A stretch of 62,298 bases of DNA, the filler included, from Bipalium vagum (lineage: Eukaryota): assembly GCA_037834085.1 (NCBI GenBank). It is 3 parts of 3 records of this genome, joined end to end, with 100 filler letters (N's around TTAATTAATTAA, not from the genome) between each part and the next. Parts side by side here need not be neighbours in the genome. Positions count along the whole stretch, not along the records: positions 1 to 26,388 come from JBBMKC010150371.1; 2 more parts are not named here. One strand, written 5' to 3'. The notes beneath the pieces are model-generated. The model ran no database searches, was not told the DNA's origin, and saw nothing but the letters and a program-made list of their open reading frames with translations. Both the position numbers and the translations under genes were made by a program. This document shows positions 14,054 through 26,251 of the stretch, in pieces (within the stretch, counting starts at the first letter, position 1; every line of letters starts with the position of its first letter).

Positions 14054-15421
14054 CAGTCAACCCTCAATAATCCGAACTTCAATAATCCTTAAACTTCATA
14101 GACCGAAATTTTTTTGTTTATTTCGTCAATTTTTGAACGTTTCCAGATAATTTTGATTCATTAATCCGAAACGTCATGATCCGCAATCGGAAGGCTCTTT
14201 TTTGAAGTAAATTCCTAATAATTTTTAAAAATTTCGGATTGATATTGTTTAAATATTAAGCTTATTTACAATTTTTACTTGTTTAAATTAAATATCCTTA
14301 TGGCTAGAAAAAGAACAAAAATTACAATTCATCAAAAGGCAAAAATTTTTGCAATAAAGGAGTCGAAGAAAATGTCGCTGAATCAATTTTCTCAAATTAT
14401 CAGAAGAGAATTAAAACTAGACCTAAGAATTTCTACGTTATCAGATTTTATTGATCGAATGGGTATCTCAAATGGAAACGATTAATGTTTACTTGACTGA
14501 TAAAATTATCGATACAAAAGAAAAGGAATTTGGACAAAAATTAAATGTTGATGACCTGCAATTCACCAAAGATGACTCCATAGATTCAAAAATCAATTTA
14601 ATCTAAAATTGAAAGTTCACCATGGAGAAGCAAATTCAATGAATGTTGTTGATGTTTCAGCACATAGAAAAAAATAGTTGAAAAATTGGCAGAAATTGAT
14701 CCATAAGATTTACTCAATATGGATGAAACTGGACTTTTTTCAAACATTTCCTAAAAGAAAGAATTCATCAAGTGAAAGAAAAGGATTAGAACAATCTAAA
14801 TTTAGAATAACCATTGCTTTATGATCAAATTCGGCACCCTTTGTTATTTGACAGCAAGAAATGAAGATGTTTTAAAGGATTTATTGTTGCAAGATACTGC
14901 AATTACCACTCAAATTCAAAACTTAGATCACCACCGGTTTCTTTAATTGTTTTATGCATGATGAACTGAGAAAATACAAAAAGAAATTTTATCTACTTCT
15001 TGACACACAAGAATGAGCTTAACCAAATAATGGTTGAAGAGGATATGATTCAAACAGAAGTCATTGATGATGATGAAATCGCTACATTGTGTCAAGAAGA
15101 TGTTGTACTTATTATTGAAGATAATGATAGTTACAACATAAGTCGAAGGATTTTATTTCATGCAATTGAAATTGTCATCAATTCTTCAAATAGTTCTACT
15201 CAAAAAGTAACCAATGATTTAGTAAAAAATTTAAAAGAATTCAAAGTTGATTTACAGAAATTCATTCAAAATAAAACTCAACAAAAACTTGAGATGATTT
15301 TTAAAATAAATAATTCATCATTAATCTGGCGATCATATAGATTTTTAATTCCTTCATTATCCGAATTAATTCACAATCCGAAAGGAAATCGATTTTTTTT
15401 CGGATTATTGAGGGTTGACTG
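14054..15421 (+). mobile_element. pogo/Tigger DNA transposon, internally deleted
   Basis: Perfect 23-bp TIRs cagtcaaccctcaataatccgaa / ttcggattattgagggttgactg, TA TSD; CENP-B-type HTH start MARKRTKITIHQK (ATG 14300), HGEANS, NMDETGLF and KFRITIAL motifs. Confidence 0.92.
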
Positions 15422-15479
15422 TATTCGTTTTTCAGAACTCCTCTTTGATGATAAGATATTAAAAGGGATTCTATTGGGA

Positions 15480-15731
15480 TCTAATTCTCATTGTTTAATT
15501 CAAGAGGCGATTTTGGAAGCATCGTTGGAAGCAAGTGACAGAAAACAATGACAATTATATTATTCATTGATATCTACTTTGTTGATGTCATATTACATTG
15601 TATAAGGTAACGACCATGTATCATAAATTTTTCATTTGATAGTGTCTTATATTCATTTATATTATATATTTTATTATATTATTATATTCATATAAATAAG
15701 TTCTGTCCGGAAACTTTGAATCCAACTCAAC
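15480..15731 (+). mobile_element. 3' remnant of a mariner related to the 8443-9546 element
   Basis: RWKQVTENNDNYIIH* transposase tail; 15620-15657 resembles the reverse complement of ~8488-8527; terminal tgtccggaaactttgaatccaactcaa resembles the same TIR. Confidence 0.7.
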
Positions 15732-15858
15732 ATATCGTAAGTAAAAATATTCATTTTGTATTTTTCTAAGAAATAGAATCTCCGGAAATTATTGTGCTTA
15801 ATTGTTTTAATAAGTGTATGATATCAAATCGCATTGGAGTAAATCCATATTTTTTCGA

Positions 15859-16330
15859 TGTTTTCCATCGAAGGAAGCGTGAAATGTTTTTGAATGGTAC
15901 TTAAGATGGAATCAGTCAGAAAAGCCAGACGACATTTAAAACATATGAATTAGAAAAAGATATCTGCAGAGAGGACAATGATGAATATATCTGCAAAATT
16001 AAAAGAGAATGAACGTTTAACGATCTCTGGAAGTCTGAAAAATTGAAGATGAAAAAATATGAGAAATAATTCAAGTTGTTGAAAGACCACCTGAGACGTC
16101 ACCAGGAACTGCTGCTAAAGAACTTAGATGCAGTTTTAAAGCTGCACACTATGTTTGACGAAAAGATCTACAAATTTATTCATACAAGATCCAAATAATG
16201 CTTAAGTTACATGATGAAGACTGTGCTGGAATAATTTATATTTCCGAAAGTCTAATTAATAAATCGCCAATAATTCTTCTTTTCTTCAAAACCACTTAAT
16301 TTGTTCCGTTGAATTTCTTCATCTGAAGAC
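15859..16330 (+). mobile_element. Degenerate IS630-Tc1-mariner (DD37D/DD41D-like) transposase N-terminal fragment
   Basis: Broken reading frames containing DLQIYSYKIQIMLKLHDED, like the LxPYKIQxxQxL motif. Confidence 0.45.
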
Positions 16331-16924
16331 ATAGGAGAAGCTTTATGAAGCATAATATTAACTATTTTATTTAACTCTTATTTATACCTAAATCCAACTA
16401 TTAGTCCTCTGACGTCCATAAAAGTGTCATTCTCTCATATTACTGGACCATTTTTGTTAGTAACAGGTGTCAGGCATCATTAACATCAATGTCGACCAGG
16501 AATATATTTTCTCGAGAAAATTCTTTTGAATTATTTAATGTATTACTAAAGAATGTAGTAATAAAAAACTTTTAATCTCCCTGATTGCCTTTTGCAGTGG
16601 GAATGTGATTTCCAAAAATTTTTACAAAAACATCTCATCTTTGAAAAATAAATATTTAAAAAATAATTATTTTTTATTTTATTTTAAAATTAAAATATCT
16701 TTTAACATGTTTGGAATTATTTTAAAATTATTTATAAATGTTCTTAAGACAGCTTAGGAAATTTAATGACTTCAGTAAAACAATATAAAAAAATCATGCA
16801 CGAAAATCGTTCATAAAAATTCTTATCCATTGCATTAACGGACGTTTGGGGACAACATGTCACGAATGTTGTGAATCAAAATGACATTATTTAATAAAAT
16901 AATAATAATCAATTAAAATAATAA

Positions 16925-17004
16925 ATTTAAATATAAATAAATAAATATAAATAAATAAATATAAATAAATAAATATAAATAAATAAATATAAATAAATAA
17001 ATAT
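16925..17004. repeat. 14-bp tandem repeat (aaataaataaatat)n running into a gap
   Basis: Repeated unit directly visible; abuts the N-run. Confidence 0.85.
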
Positions 17005-17234
17005 NNNNNNNNNNNNNNNNNNNNNNNNNNNNNNNNNNNNNNNNNNNNNNNNNNNNNNNNNNNNNNNNNNNNNNNNNNNNNNNNNNNNNNNNNNNNNNNN
17101 NNNNNNNNNNNNNNNNNNNNNNNNNNNNNNNNNNNNNNNNNNNNNNNNNNNNNNNNNNNNNNNNNNNNNNNNNNNNNNNNNNNNNNNNNNNNNNNNNNNN
17201 NNNNNNNNNNNNNNNNNNNNNNNNNNNNNNNNNN
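17005..17234. other. Assembly gap (230 N)
   Basis: N-run. Confidence 1.
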
Positions 17235-18191
17235 GTGGAAGTCTTGGCCTTCTACATTAAAAGTATAATTTATAAATTTATTGATTTTTATTATTTTAAT
17301 AAGATAATTTTTGGTTTTAAAATGTATATTGTAATAAAACTTTATTGATTTTTAAAATAGTTAGTAATTGAGATATTGAATATTATTCATTCAATATATT
17401 TTATTTAATGATGTATTCAGTGTTTTTGTTTTAATTTGATAGAAATATGGAAAATAAATACATTATATTATATTAATCATTTTCATCGGTCTCTGAAATT
17501 AAGAATCAATTTATATTTAGGAATTAATGCCGGTGCATTTTACAGTCTGAGTATTGTTCTCAATTCAATATTACTATATTATTACAAGGTTAGTTCTTAA
17601 AATTTTTTTGTGTGTAGTTAATCATAAAAATTCATTAAATTTTATCAAGAGAAATTAACTTTTCAAGAAACTTTGAAATTAAAAAAATTGTTCACAAATT
17701 TGAAAGTAATCAATTTTACCTATTGAATATTCATTCTTGATGAAATCTCAACCTATCTCAGCCTGTGTAGAAAGAATTTTCTTCATGCTAAATAAGCTTT
17801 AAGATGAAAAAGTTGCTCTTGATAGCATGAAATATTAAATTATTGTTATGTTTAATAAATTCTAATTATCTTTATTATTAATTACTATTTAAGAAGTGAA
17901 AAAATATTATTATGATAAAGTAAAATAAATTTAAAAAAGATTGCCTCAGTAATTTATAAATTTTTTATAAATTATATATAAACCAGATTTTTAGATGAGT
18001 ATTTTATGTCACTTTCAACTAAATCATATTTCAAATCTTATATTTGTGATTGACTGCATATAGTTTTATAATTAGTCAATTGACATTAAGTTTTCCACTG
18101 ATCACTTATTATACATGATCCTTTGTAACCACAATTCTTATAATGGGTAATAAAGAGGAAGCCCTTTTACCGTTGACGTGCATAATTATTA

Positions 18192-19458
18192 TTAAGTGTA
18201 CAACTATGACAACGGCTTTTTTTTAATAAGAAAACAAAGACATTTATTACAAATTTTATTTAAAAACATTTATTGAAAATATGTTCCATTGGAAGCTACA
18301 ACCTTTGCCCAGCTTTCAGGTAACGAATAAATTCCATGAAAGAAAAACTCTGGCTCTTTTGATGAAATCCAGCTGTCAATCCAATTTTGGAGGTCTTCAA
18401 GGGAATTGAATCACTCTCCGGAAAGTGCTGATTGCAAAGAGCGGAAAAAATGGTAATCCGAAGGAGCTATGTGTGGTGTATAGGGCAGGTGAGGTAAGAC
18501 TTCCAACTTTGTACCTTCTAAGTAATTATTTACAACTGAATTAACGTGTGGTCTTGCGTTATCGTATTGTAAAATTATCTTTTCGTGTCTAGTCATCCAT
18601 TCCGGTCGTTTTTCATTCAAAGCTTGATTCAAACGAATTAATTGTGATCGATAAAGTTCATCAGTTAGAGTTTGAGAAGACTTTAAAAAATTCATAATAG
18701 ATCACTCCTTTCTGATCCCACCAGATACACAACATAACTTTCCAGCCGTTGAAATTTTGTTTCGGTGTTGATGGACCGGGTTCACTTGGCATCACCAAAG
18801 CTACTTTGCGTTTTGGATTGTCAAAAGGAATCCATTTTATAGTGTCCTGTGATAATTCGATGAAAAAAACTTTGCCTTTTTGTCTTTGAAGGAGGACATC
18901 ACAAATTGGTTTTCGCCATTCAATGCATCTTTCTGTCAAATCATGTGGGATCCAAACTCCTAATTTTTGAATAATTCCTAAAGCTGCCAGACGTTTTGAA
19001 ATGTATTGTTGAGTCAAATCTAATGCGACAGATTGTGTTTGGCATGGATCTTCGTCCAATAGCCTTCTCAAATTTCTATCTTCACATTGTTTTTGTGACT
19101 TTCCATGCTCCTTGTCGTTCGAATCATATTGGCCATTTCTAAAACGGCAAAACCAATCTTTACATGTGGCCATCGAACGAGCATGTTCTCCATAGGTATC
19201 TCAAAGCAATCGGTACGTTTCCTTGGTAATAAAGTAATGTAGAATTACTTCCCGCAAATGTCGTTTATTTGGGATGAATATTGACATTCTGAATCGCTAT
19301 AATATTTAAACAAGGAATATTAAAAAAAACTGTCTCGTGATATTATTAATTATATGATATTTTTGTTTAACATTCAATTCAATATAATTTAGATATATAT
19401 GCAAACAAAAGTTTTATTATCATTTTAAAAAAAGCCGGAGTCATAGTTGTACACCTAA
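18192..19458 (-). mobile_element. Full-length mauritiana-subfamily (Mos1-like) mariner, defective transposase ~19287-18270
   Basis: TIRs ttaggtgtacaactatgactccggc / ttaagtgtacaactatgacaacggc, TA TSD; MSIFIPNKRHLREV, DKEHGK, WIPHDL, MLCIWWDQKGVIYYE, YDNARPH, HIAPSDYHFF, VASNGTYFQ* follow the Mos1 pattern. Confidence 0.95.
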
Positions 19459-20189
19459 TATTAATGTATTAATAACTTTCAAATATCCGATTCCATCTAT
19501 TGAAAGCGCACAAATTAAGCAAACCGATCTACCATTCACAATAGTTGAAATTACATTCGCTCTAGCTCCACGTACAAATCACACCTGGGACCTTTTTAGA
19601 TGAAGATTGAAAGATGATTCATCTATAAAAATTGCATTGGAATAATTTTATAGTTAAGTTACCGCAAAATTTAAAAGATATTTAAATAATTAATAATTCT
19701 TTGAATGACATAAATATTTGATTTTATTAGTTATAAATAATGCAGAATTTATTCTGACAGGGCATCATAACATTTTTGTAAAATAGTTTTTGTTTGTTTT
19801 CGTCCAATCACATTTGTCCTTTATTAGGAAATTATTTATTGATTTTTAAAAAAATGTATTTAGGTAAATATTTAAATTTGAATTATTAACTTTCTTATTA
19901 TCAATAAACATTTTTTTCAGGAGAAATATAATTATAATAATTTCAAATATTTTTTATTTATTAATTAACATTTTATCTCTTTATTTGGTTGAACTTAGTT
20001 ATGACTAAAGGTCTTTTGTCAATTGTTACGTTTTATTTTTGTTTTACAATAAATAGAAAAAAACATTTAAGATTAAAATGAAACAAGAATAACACAATAG
20101 AAATAAATATATTCGTATACATGAACAACTTGTCAATTCGTCTAATGATCATTTTTTGAACTGAATTCTGTTTACCTTTGGTGATGTAT

Positions 20190-20560
20190 TAGAGTGTACA
20201 AAAATTTTTCCTTAATACTACATTTTTCTAAATGTACATAAAAAAAGAACAAAAGATGATTAATCTTCGACGTATAATCTTTTTTTTCCAATGACCTTGA
20301 ACAACCTCTCTGTTTATTGTCGAATCTGATGAAAATGTCATTTATTGATTTTTAGAGGTAATTCAAGACAAACCTGTTCTATATCTTCCATTGTCTTAAA
20401 CTGTCGATCCCAAAAATGCAAGCATAGAGAAAAATAAATAGTAGTCTAGACTGTATGTTGGATATGGAAGAGATTGTACATCTTCCATTTTCTGAATTTG
20501 AGCTCGATACGCAGCAGCATTATCAATCTGCAATAGAGTGCGTTTTTGTTTATTAAATTT
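20190..20560 (-). mobile_element. Old mariner-like 3' fragment
   Basis: Minus-strand LLQIDNAAA...LPYPTYSLD motifs. Confidence 0.45.
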
Positions 20561-20921
20561 GGATAACGTGTCTTTAAAATGTCCTTAAAAGCTCCAACTA
20601 CCCTGTTACAACATCAATCACTTCATTACCTTCTATTGAACTTTTTTCCACATGCTGCCTTGGTATTTAGGCCTTTTTTCTACAGATATCTTAAAATGAT
20701 TCGAATTGTTGTTTTTTTGTCACTTATAAAATACTAAAGAAAACTTTATTTTTCATATAAATTAAATTTTTCTATAAATTTAAATTAATATATTCAAATG
20801 TATTTATTTATTTATTATCTATTCGAAAGATTTAAACGAAGATATAGATACCATTATCGGAAAAGATTTGATAGACAATAGTAAAGTATTCAAGAATTTC
20901 ATAATATATTAATAATTAATA

Positions 20922-21365
20922 TCAGGCTGGTGCAAAATTAATACAGGTTTATAGTAATCATACTTTCGAAGTAAAACATTTACAAGACATAATTATAATA
21001 AAATTTGTTTCTATATGTCATTTTAAAGATAATCATGTGCTCTTTACTTGGGTACTCAACAATAAAATATTAATTAATAATATATCTATTTATTTAGCTT
21101 GAAAACAAAGAATGTCAAAGGAGAATTTACAAAGAATATACTTTAACAAATTTTAACTCGGGCTTAAAGCAACAGAATTAGTTTGAAATGTCAACAATGT
21201 TTGGGAAGAGGATACTGTATATGAATTCGCAGTTCAACCTTTTTTCTGGAAATTCCAAAACGGAAAAATATGTTTGAAAAGATCACAGTCACCATGAAAA
21301 TGTTAACAATGATTAACCGAAAGGCATCTAGAAAGCTGATTCCTAAAATCAACGTGAAAAGTTCC
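20922..21365 (+). mobile_element. 5' half of a cecropia-like (Hsmar1-like) mariner
   Basis: TA + TIR tcaggctggtgcaaaattaatacaggttt; N-terminal HTH MSKENLQRIYFNKF*LGLKATELV*NVNNVW from 21112. Confidence 0.7.
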
Positions 21366-21374
21366 ATTCAGGTC

Positions 21375-22293
21375 TTTTCAATGTTTCTTTAACTGGTTTT
21401 ACAAGATGAGGTCTGGTGTTATCCCATTGGAAAATAATCTGATAATGTTTTAGGCCTTACTGTGTAGTCTTGGTTCTTATTGCTCAACTTAAATCGAGTA
21501 ATTGCTGCTGATATCGATCCCCCGTTACAGTTTAGGATGATTTGAGAAGCTCATGGTACGATACTCCTATTTGGTCCCACCAAATACATGCATCACTTTA
21601 CTTCTGCTCGTCGATCCTTGTACTGTCGATGTATGGTTCTTCGGGCATTGTCCATAAATTTCTGCCTTGAGATTTTATACTTTACACATTTTTCATCACC
21701 AGTTATAATTGAAAGCTAAACTGAGTTCCTTGTAAGTAAAATTTCAAAAATAGTTTTGCGATTTTCTTGCTTCCTTTCGGTTAAATCATATGGTATTCAT
21801 TTTCCATACTTTTGGGTCATTCCGAACGCGTGCATCCGTTTACCAGCAATTGACATGTGAACTTTCAATATCTGGTATTTCTTCAAGCGTTTGGCGTGGG
21901 TCTTCTTCGAACTTTTTTGGTTGTCCTGAAAGTTCTTTCTTTTAAACGTTAAAGTCACCTGTGTTAAATCGTTGATACAATTCTCGGCATGTTGGTTCGG
22001 ACAGGACAAATTCATCATAAGCTTTTGTCATTTATATATGAGCTTCGACTCTGATTTCTTTAAATTGCAGCAGACTAATAATGATTCCCATCAATTCTGT
22101 TTTCTTAGCCTATGATTTTACATTTTCCCTAAAATAAATAAGCTATTTAATCAGTTAAAACCAATACTATCTATTGAAATATTAGAGATATATTACAATA
22201 TTACTTTTTAGTTTTATTTTCTATGAGAAATACACGATACTTACAACAATAATTAATCTATAACAAAACAATGGGAACAAATCTCGAACCTAA
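21375..22293 (-). mobile_element. 5'-central part of a second mariner, opposite strand
   Basis: Minus-strand IPYDLTERKQENRK, SIITGDEK, FQWDNTRPH; TIR-like end ttaggttcgagatttgttccc with TA at 22294-22295. Confidence 0.75.
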
Positions 22294-24759
22294 TATGTAA
22301 TTAAAGGCAAAAATGAAGAATTATTTTTGTAAAAAATGTTATTTTTTATTCGTATTTTACTGATTTTTATTTTAATTATTATTTTATTATTTTTTAAGAG
22401 TTTTAACTTAAATATAAAAAAATTAAAATTGTTAGTTAAATAATTCTTATGAAAATAATTTTTCAAAAATTAAAATCTGAAAAATTATGAATTTTAAGAA
22501 TTGATAATAACAGCCCTAGGCAAACGGTTGTGACAACTTTTGTGAAAAATCCAGATTTTATGAATATTTAATAATCTGAGAATGGGGAACTATTTCTTAA
22601 CGGATTCTTTGACAGTAATACATTGGTATAAAAATGTAAATTAAAAACTTAAAATTTATTTTTTCTAATTTTTATAAAACGCACATTTTATTTATTATGC
22701 ATTTTTCTTATTTGTGATTATCGATTCAAATAATAAAAATTATGATTATATAATCATACTTTTTAAATTTTATATTGATGATAACTATTGTTATATAATA
22801 TGCAGTGTGCGTTAGAAATTTGAAAACAATAATTTGTTTCCATATTGATTATATGATTTATTCGAGTAGCAGAAAAATCGATCACAATATTTGATATTTC
22901 AATGTTTAATTAATATATTTTTTATTTAAAAAATCTAGAATTATTTTGGGAATTTGAGAAAACAGAAAGCTGTGATTTTTAGTAGAAGAAACATCAAAAT
23001 TTAAAAAGTAAAAAGGAGAAATAAAAAACACAAACTATAGAAAAAAAATCAAATGACAATTGATACGTGGCTCTAAAGATAAACATTATATTATTCTGAT
23101 ATCATTAAACATTTTTATTTGTAATTTATAAATATTTTTGTCTTCTTGTGATTTACATACACAATGGTATGAATGTATTCATCTTCACTGATCTTTAATA
23201 ATAAAGCATTTTGATTACGAAAGAAATAAGACATTAATAAATAATATTTACTTCAAAAAAATTAATAAAAATCTTTTCAGTATATCAAATAATCATAAAC
23301 AGAAAAATATTTGTTAAAACAATCTAAATAAAATAATATTTTGGTAATAATTTTTGATTATTCTGTGACCGGAAAATATTAGATGTCCTTTTGATTTTTT
23401 AATTGGTCAAGTCAAGTTTATATTAAACGATTAAAAGTGCAAAGGATTGAATATTTTCTAATGCTGACTTGTGTATGAAAACGAATATATTAATAAATCA
23501 GTCATAATTTATAACAGGTAAATATTTTTAAATAAAAAGACCAGAACAATTAATTGTGCCAGTAATTAAATAAAATTTAAAATCACGTGGTAGTTTCTGA
23601 GAACATCAGCTGAAACCTGATAATAAATTATTAAATTGCAAGAGTCGTATTTAATCCTTAAACTCTTGTTTACTAACTGACCCTGATGGTGTGTTTGTGG
23701 ATATAAAAGCTTTTAATGTTTGGATTTTTTTTTCAAACGAAGTAAAGTCTTTTGAGTTTGGTTTAGGTTTTAATCTCTACATAATTTTTGAAATAAATCA
23801 AGTTTGCAATTTGTGTTATTTACCTGAAGTACTGTTTAAAATTTATATGTTGTAATTTAAAATAGGTTTATACATTATTTTTTTTTACATTTTTAATGAC
23901 AAAATTCTTATCGAGACCATCATTTAACGGAAAATTTAGTTTTGTTTGTTCTATTTAAAGAAAACTGATAGAGATGTACAAATAAGGTTTGTACGGATTA
24001 CGACAACGGCACTGAAAGAAATTGGGACATATAAATCAGAGAAATCACGGAGAACTAAAAATATTTAGAGACGATGAGTTAGAACCGTTATTAAGCAAAG
24101 ATAATACTCAAATATGAGAATAAAATATATTACTTCAAAAACAAGACATTTCTACTTATAAAGGAAAGATATATTTCAGAAGAATAAATATAATTTCCAA
24201 AATATTGTCCTTATTTGTATAATATTATATCGAAATTTCAGAGTAGAGTTGCAGGTCTCCAATATACGAGCTGTATGTAGGAATGTGAAATAAAAATTCT
24301 AATTTTAATTGCAGATTTTTTAATAATATAAAAGAGACATTACAGAGACATTTCGTTTTATTTTTTCCTTTTAAAATGAGCATGTGGAAAATATGGCTCT
24401 TAACAAAGTCTGAGATAAAATATAAAATAAAAATACCAAAGCTTTTTTTAAACTGAACTACAATTTTTTCTTATATATATATTCATTTATTATATAATTA
24501 AATATTACAGGGTTTTTAAAAATATTTATTCCATTAATAAAAAACAAAAATAAAACAATTAGATTTTATTTTTCATTAAAAATTTCCCCATAAAATATTC
24601 CTATTTCGTCTAAAACATTAATCTTTATACATCAATATCCAAATATTTCTAGCATAATCAAATCTTAGATCGATATTTACTTGTAAATTTCTTATGACAG
24701 ATTAAATATTTTGGAAAACCCTGAATAATGTTATTAAATTATTTTATTATACATTCTAG

Positions 24760-25130
24760 GCGTTAGTCATGAAGATATTTTGCATGTTATTTTCGTACAA
24801 AAATCGTTCTTTCTTGGACAAGAAAAATATCAAATAATATCTCACACAGCCATTGAAAATCACAGAATGATCTTAATATTACATTTGAAAATTCCTCATA
24901 TTCTTTCTGATCTACCACATTCATCATACACCCCAGATATTGGTCTATCTGATTTTTTATTTATTTTGTCACCGTAGCATTATTTATGAGTGAAAAATAC
25001 ATCTAGATTGAGGTGGATATCATAAGTGCATTACAACAATTATTCGGTTCAAAAAGTGATGAGTTCTATTCTATGAAGATTGATAAACGAAAGATGGCTA
25101 TAAGAAAACGGAATTGTTTTAATCAATAAA
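24760..25130 (+). mobile_element. Mariner 3' fragment
   Basis: LPHSSYTPDIGLSDF motif in ORF 24780-24977. Confidence 0.7.
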
Positions 25131-26251
25131 ATCTTTTGTTGTCTATGAAAATCTATAAAATATTTCCATGTAAAAAACTATTATTTTTTTCAAATATGAT
25201 ATTTTTATTAAAATAAAATTTTTATGTATATAGCGACCATTTTAAAAAGTACGAAATAATATAATTTCTCAATTGTCATAAAGAGAATCAATTCCTAAGT
25301 TAATTAATTGGATTTACTTTAATTTAATTAAACAATTTATTAATTATTCTGTGGTACATATCTTTATAATCTTTCACAAATTCAAGATGTAACAATTGAG
25401 GTATGAAAATGAAGCATACTTATTAAAGAGAACTATATCGGGCTGCCATACCCTACTAGGATTGATTTTTGCCACTTTAACATTGCCAAAATCCGAAGGC
25501 TCCCATTTGAGTTGATAATCAGTCCATTTCTAGAAAAAATTCATTATTTAATAAAGATTTAATTAAAAAGAAATAAAATCTTAAAATAGAACACAAGAAG
25601 AGTGTTACAGGAAATAAGTTTCATTTTCATTAATTGAAATTTGATATCTCTCATTTTTATCAATTTTTTAATTTTAATTTCCCACATTTATTATTTATTA
25701 ATTAATAAAATTACGTTATGGCAACTATATGAACGCACAGAATAATGGTTAGAGAAATTAATTATATTATTAAATTAAAATTATATTTATTTTACATTTC
25801 ATTTCTTTTAATTCATTAAGTTTATTATATTATTTATATATTATCCATTTAAAAAGTTGTTTATATTTCAGAAAAAATAATTTTAAATAAAAAAATTCTG
25901 AAGTAAATTTTTTAAATTTTTTGTTTAAATTTTATGGGATATATGATATCCCTATGGAAATCTTTATTAAGATGAATTAAAAAATATTTTAAATAAATGT
26001 TTCTTTCATATTAAAAAAGACAAATTGTTTTTATCATATATCACCTAAAAACATAAAAATATTATTATTTATTATTAGCGCATGTGAAAGGTCCTGGGTT
26101 CGAATAACAAGTATATTTATAGAAATTTTTATTTGTTCTGGGAATTATTATCTAAAAAATTAGATGGATAATAAAATTTCCGACCCGATTTGAAACAGTG
26201 CATATTATGTGAAGATTCAAACGTTAAAATGTATTTTTGTATCCAACATAT

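Larger units (their letters stand above)
2690..24360 (+). pseudogene. FLVCR: Decayed intron-containing FLVCR1/2-like (SLC49) MFS transporter pseudogene, exon remnants interleaved with transposons
   Basis: Collinear remnants vs recalled human FLVCR1: ~2690-2755 TFSARFILESIYC* (weak); ~3020-3128 FASNTLSINYLFNT/ESKEVDYLSKTLM (~[27 protein letters not shown]); 3251-3340 CGLRKVFIL*NLINIF|gtaagt (~RGLRLTALLGSGLNCL); ~11390-11501 E/ISRAINCFALS* and cag|FGNVGCF (~EVSTACATAVLG, LGTAVGF); 11771- tag|xLKDK (~A|FKEK, phase 1); 17443-17488 IWK/IHYIILIIFI and clean exon 17521-17588 GINAGAFYSLSIVLNSILLYYYK (~[23 protein letters not shown]); 19828-19863 LFIDF*KNVFR| (~LWLDYTKTYK|); 22520-22625 QTVVTTF..MGNYFLTDSLTVIH; ~23140-23190 YIHNGMN (~YLPLGFE); ~23383-23518 GQVK..NIF; 24315-24360 IKETLQRH (~IKSDLRRH). 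Multiple stops and frameshifts. Confidence 0.75.

Noticed and set aside
15000-15551. 183-aa ORF as a host gene
   Set aside because: It is the Tigger transposase tail reading through the right TIR into flanking DNA and a mariner remnant.
2690-24360. Stop-codon reassignment (TAA/TAG read as sense) to rescue the FLVCR frames; both intact genes with visible ends stop at TGA
   Set aside because: The stops align to different residues, frameshifts and in-frame TGA also occur, and 505 SHOC2 codons contain no internal TAA/TAG.
26078-26106. tRNA-like B-box (ggtcctgggttcgaat)
   Set aside because: No cloverleaf, A-box or acceptor stem; at most a tiny SINE/tRNA remnant.
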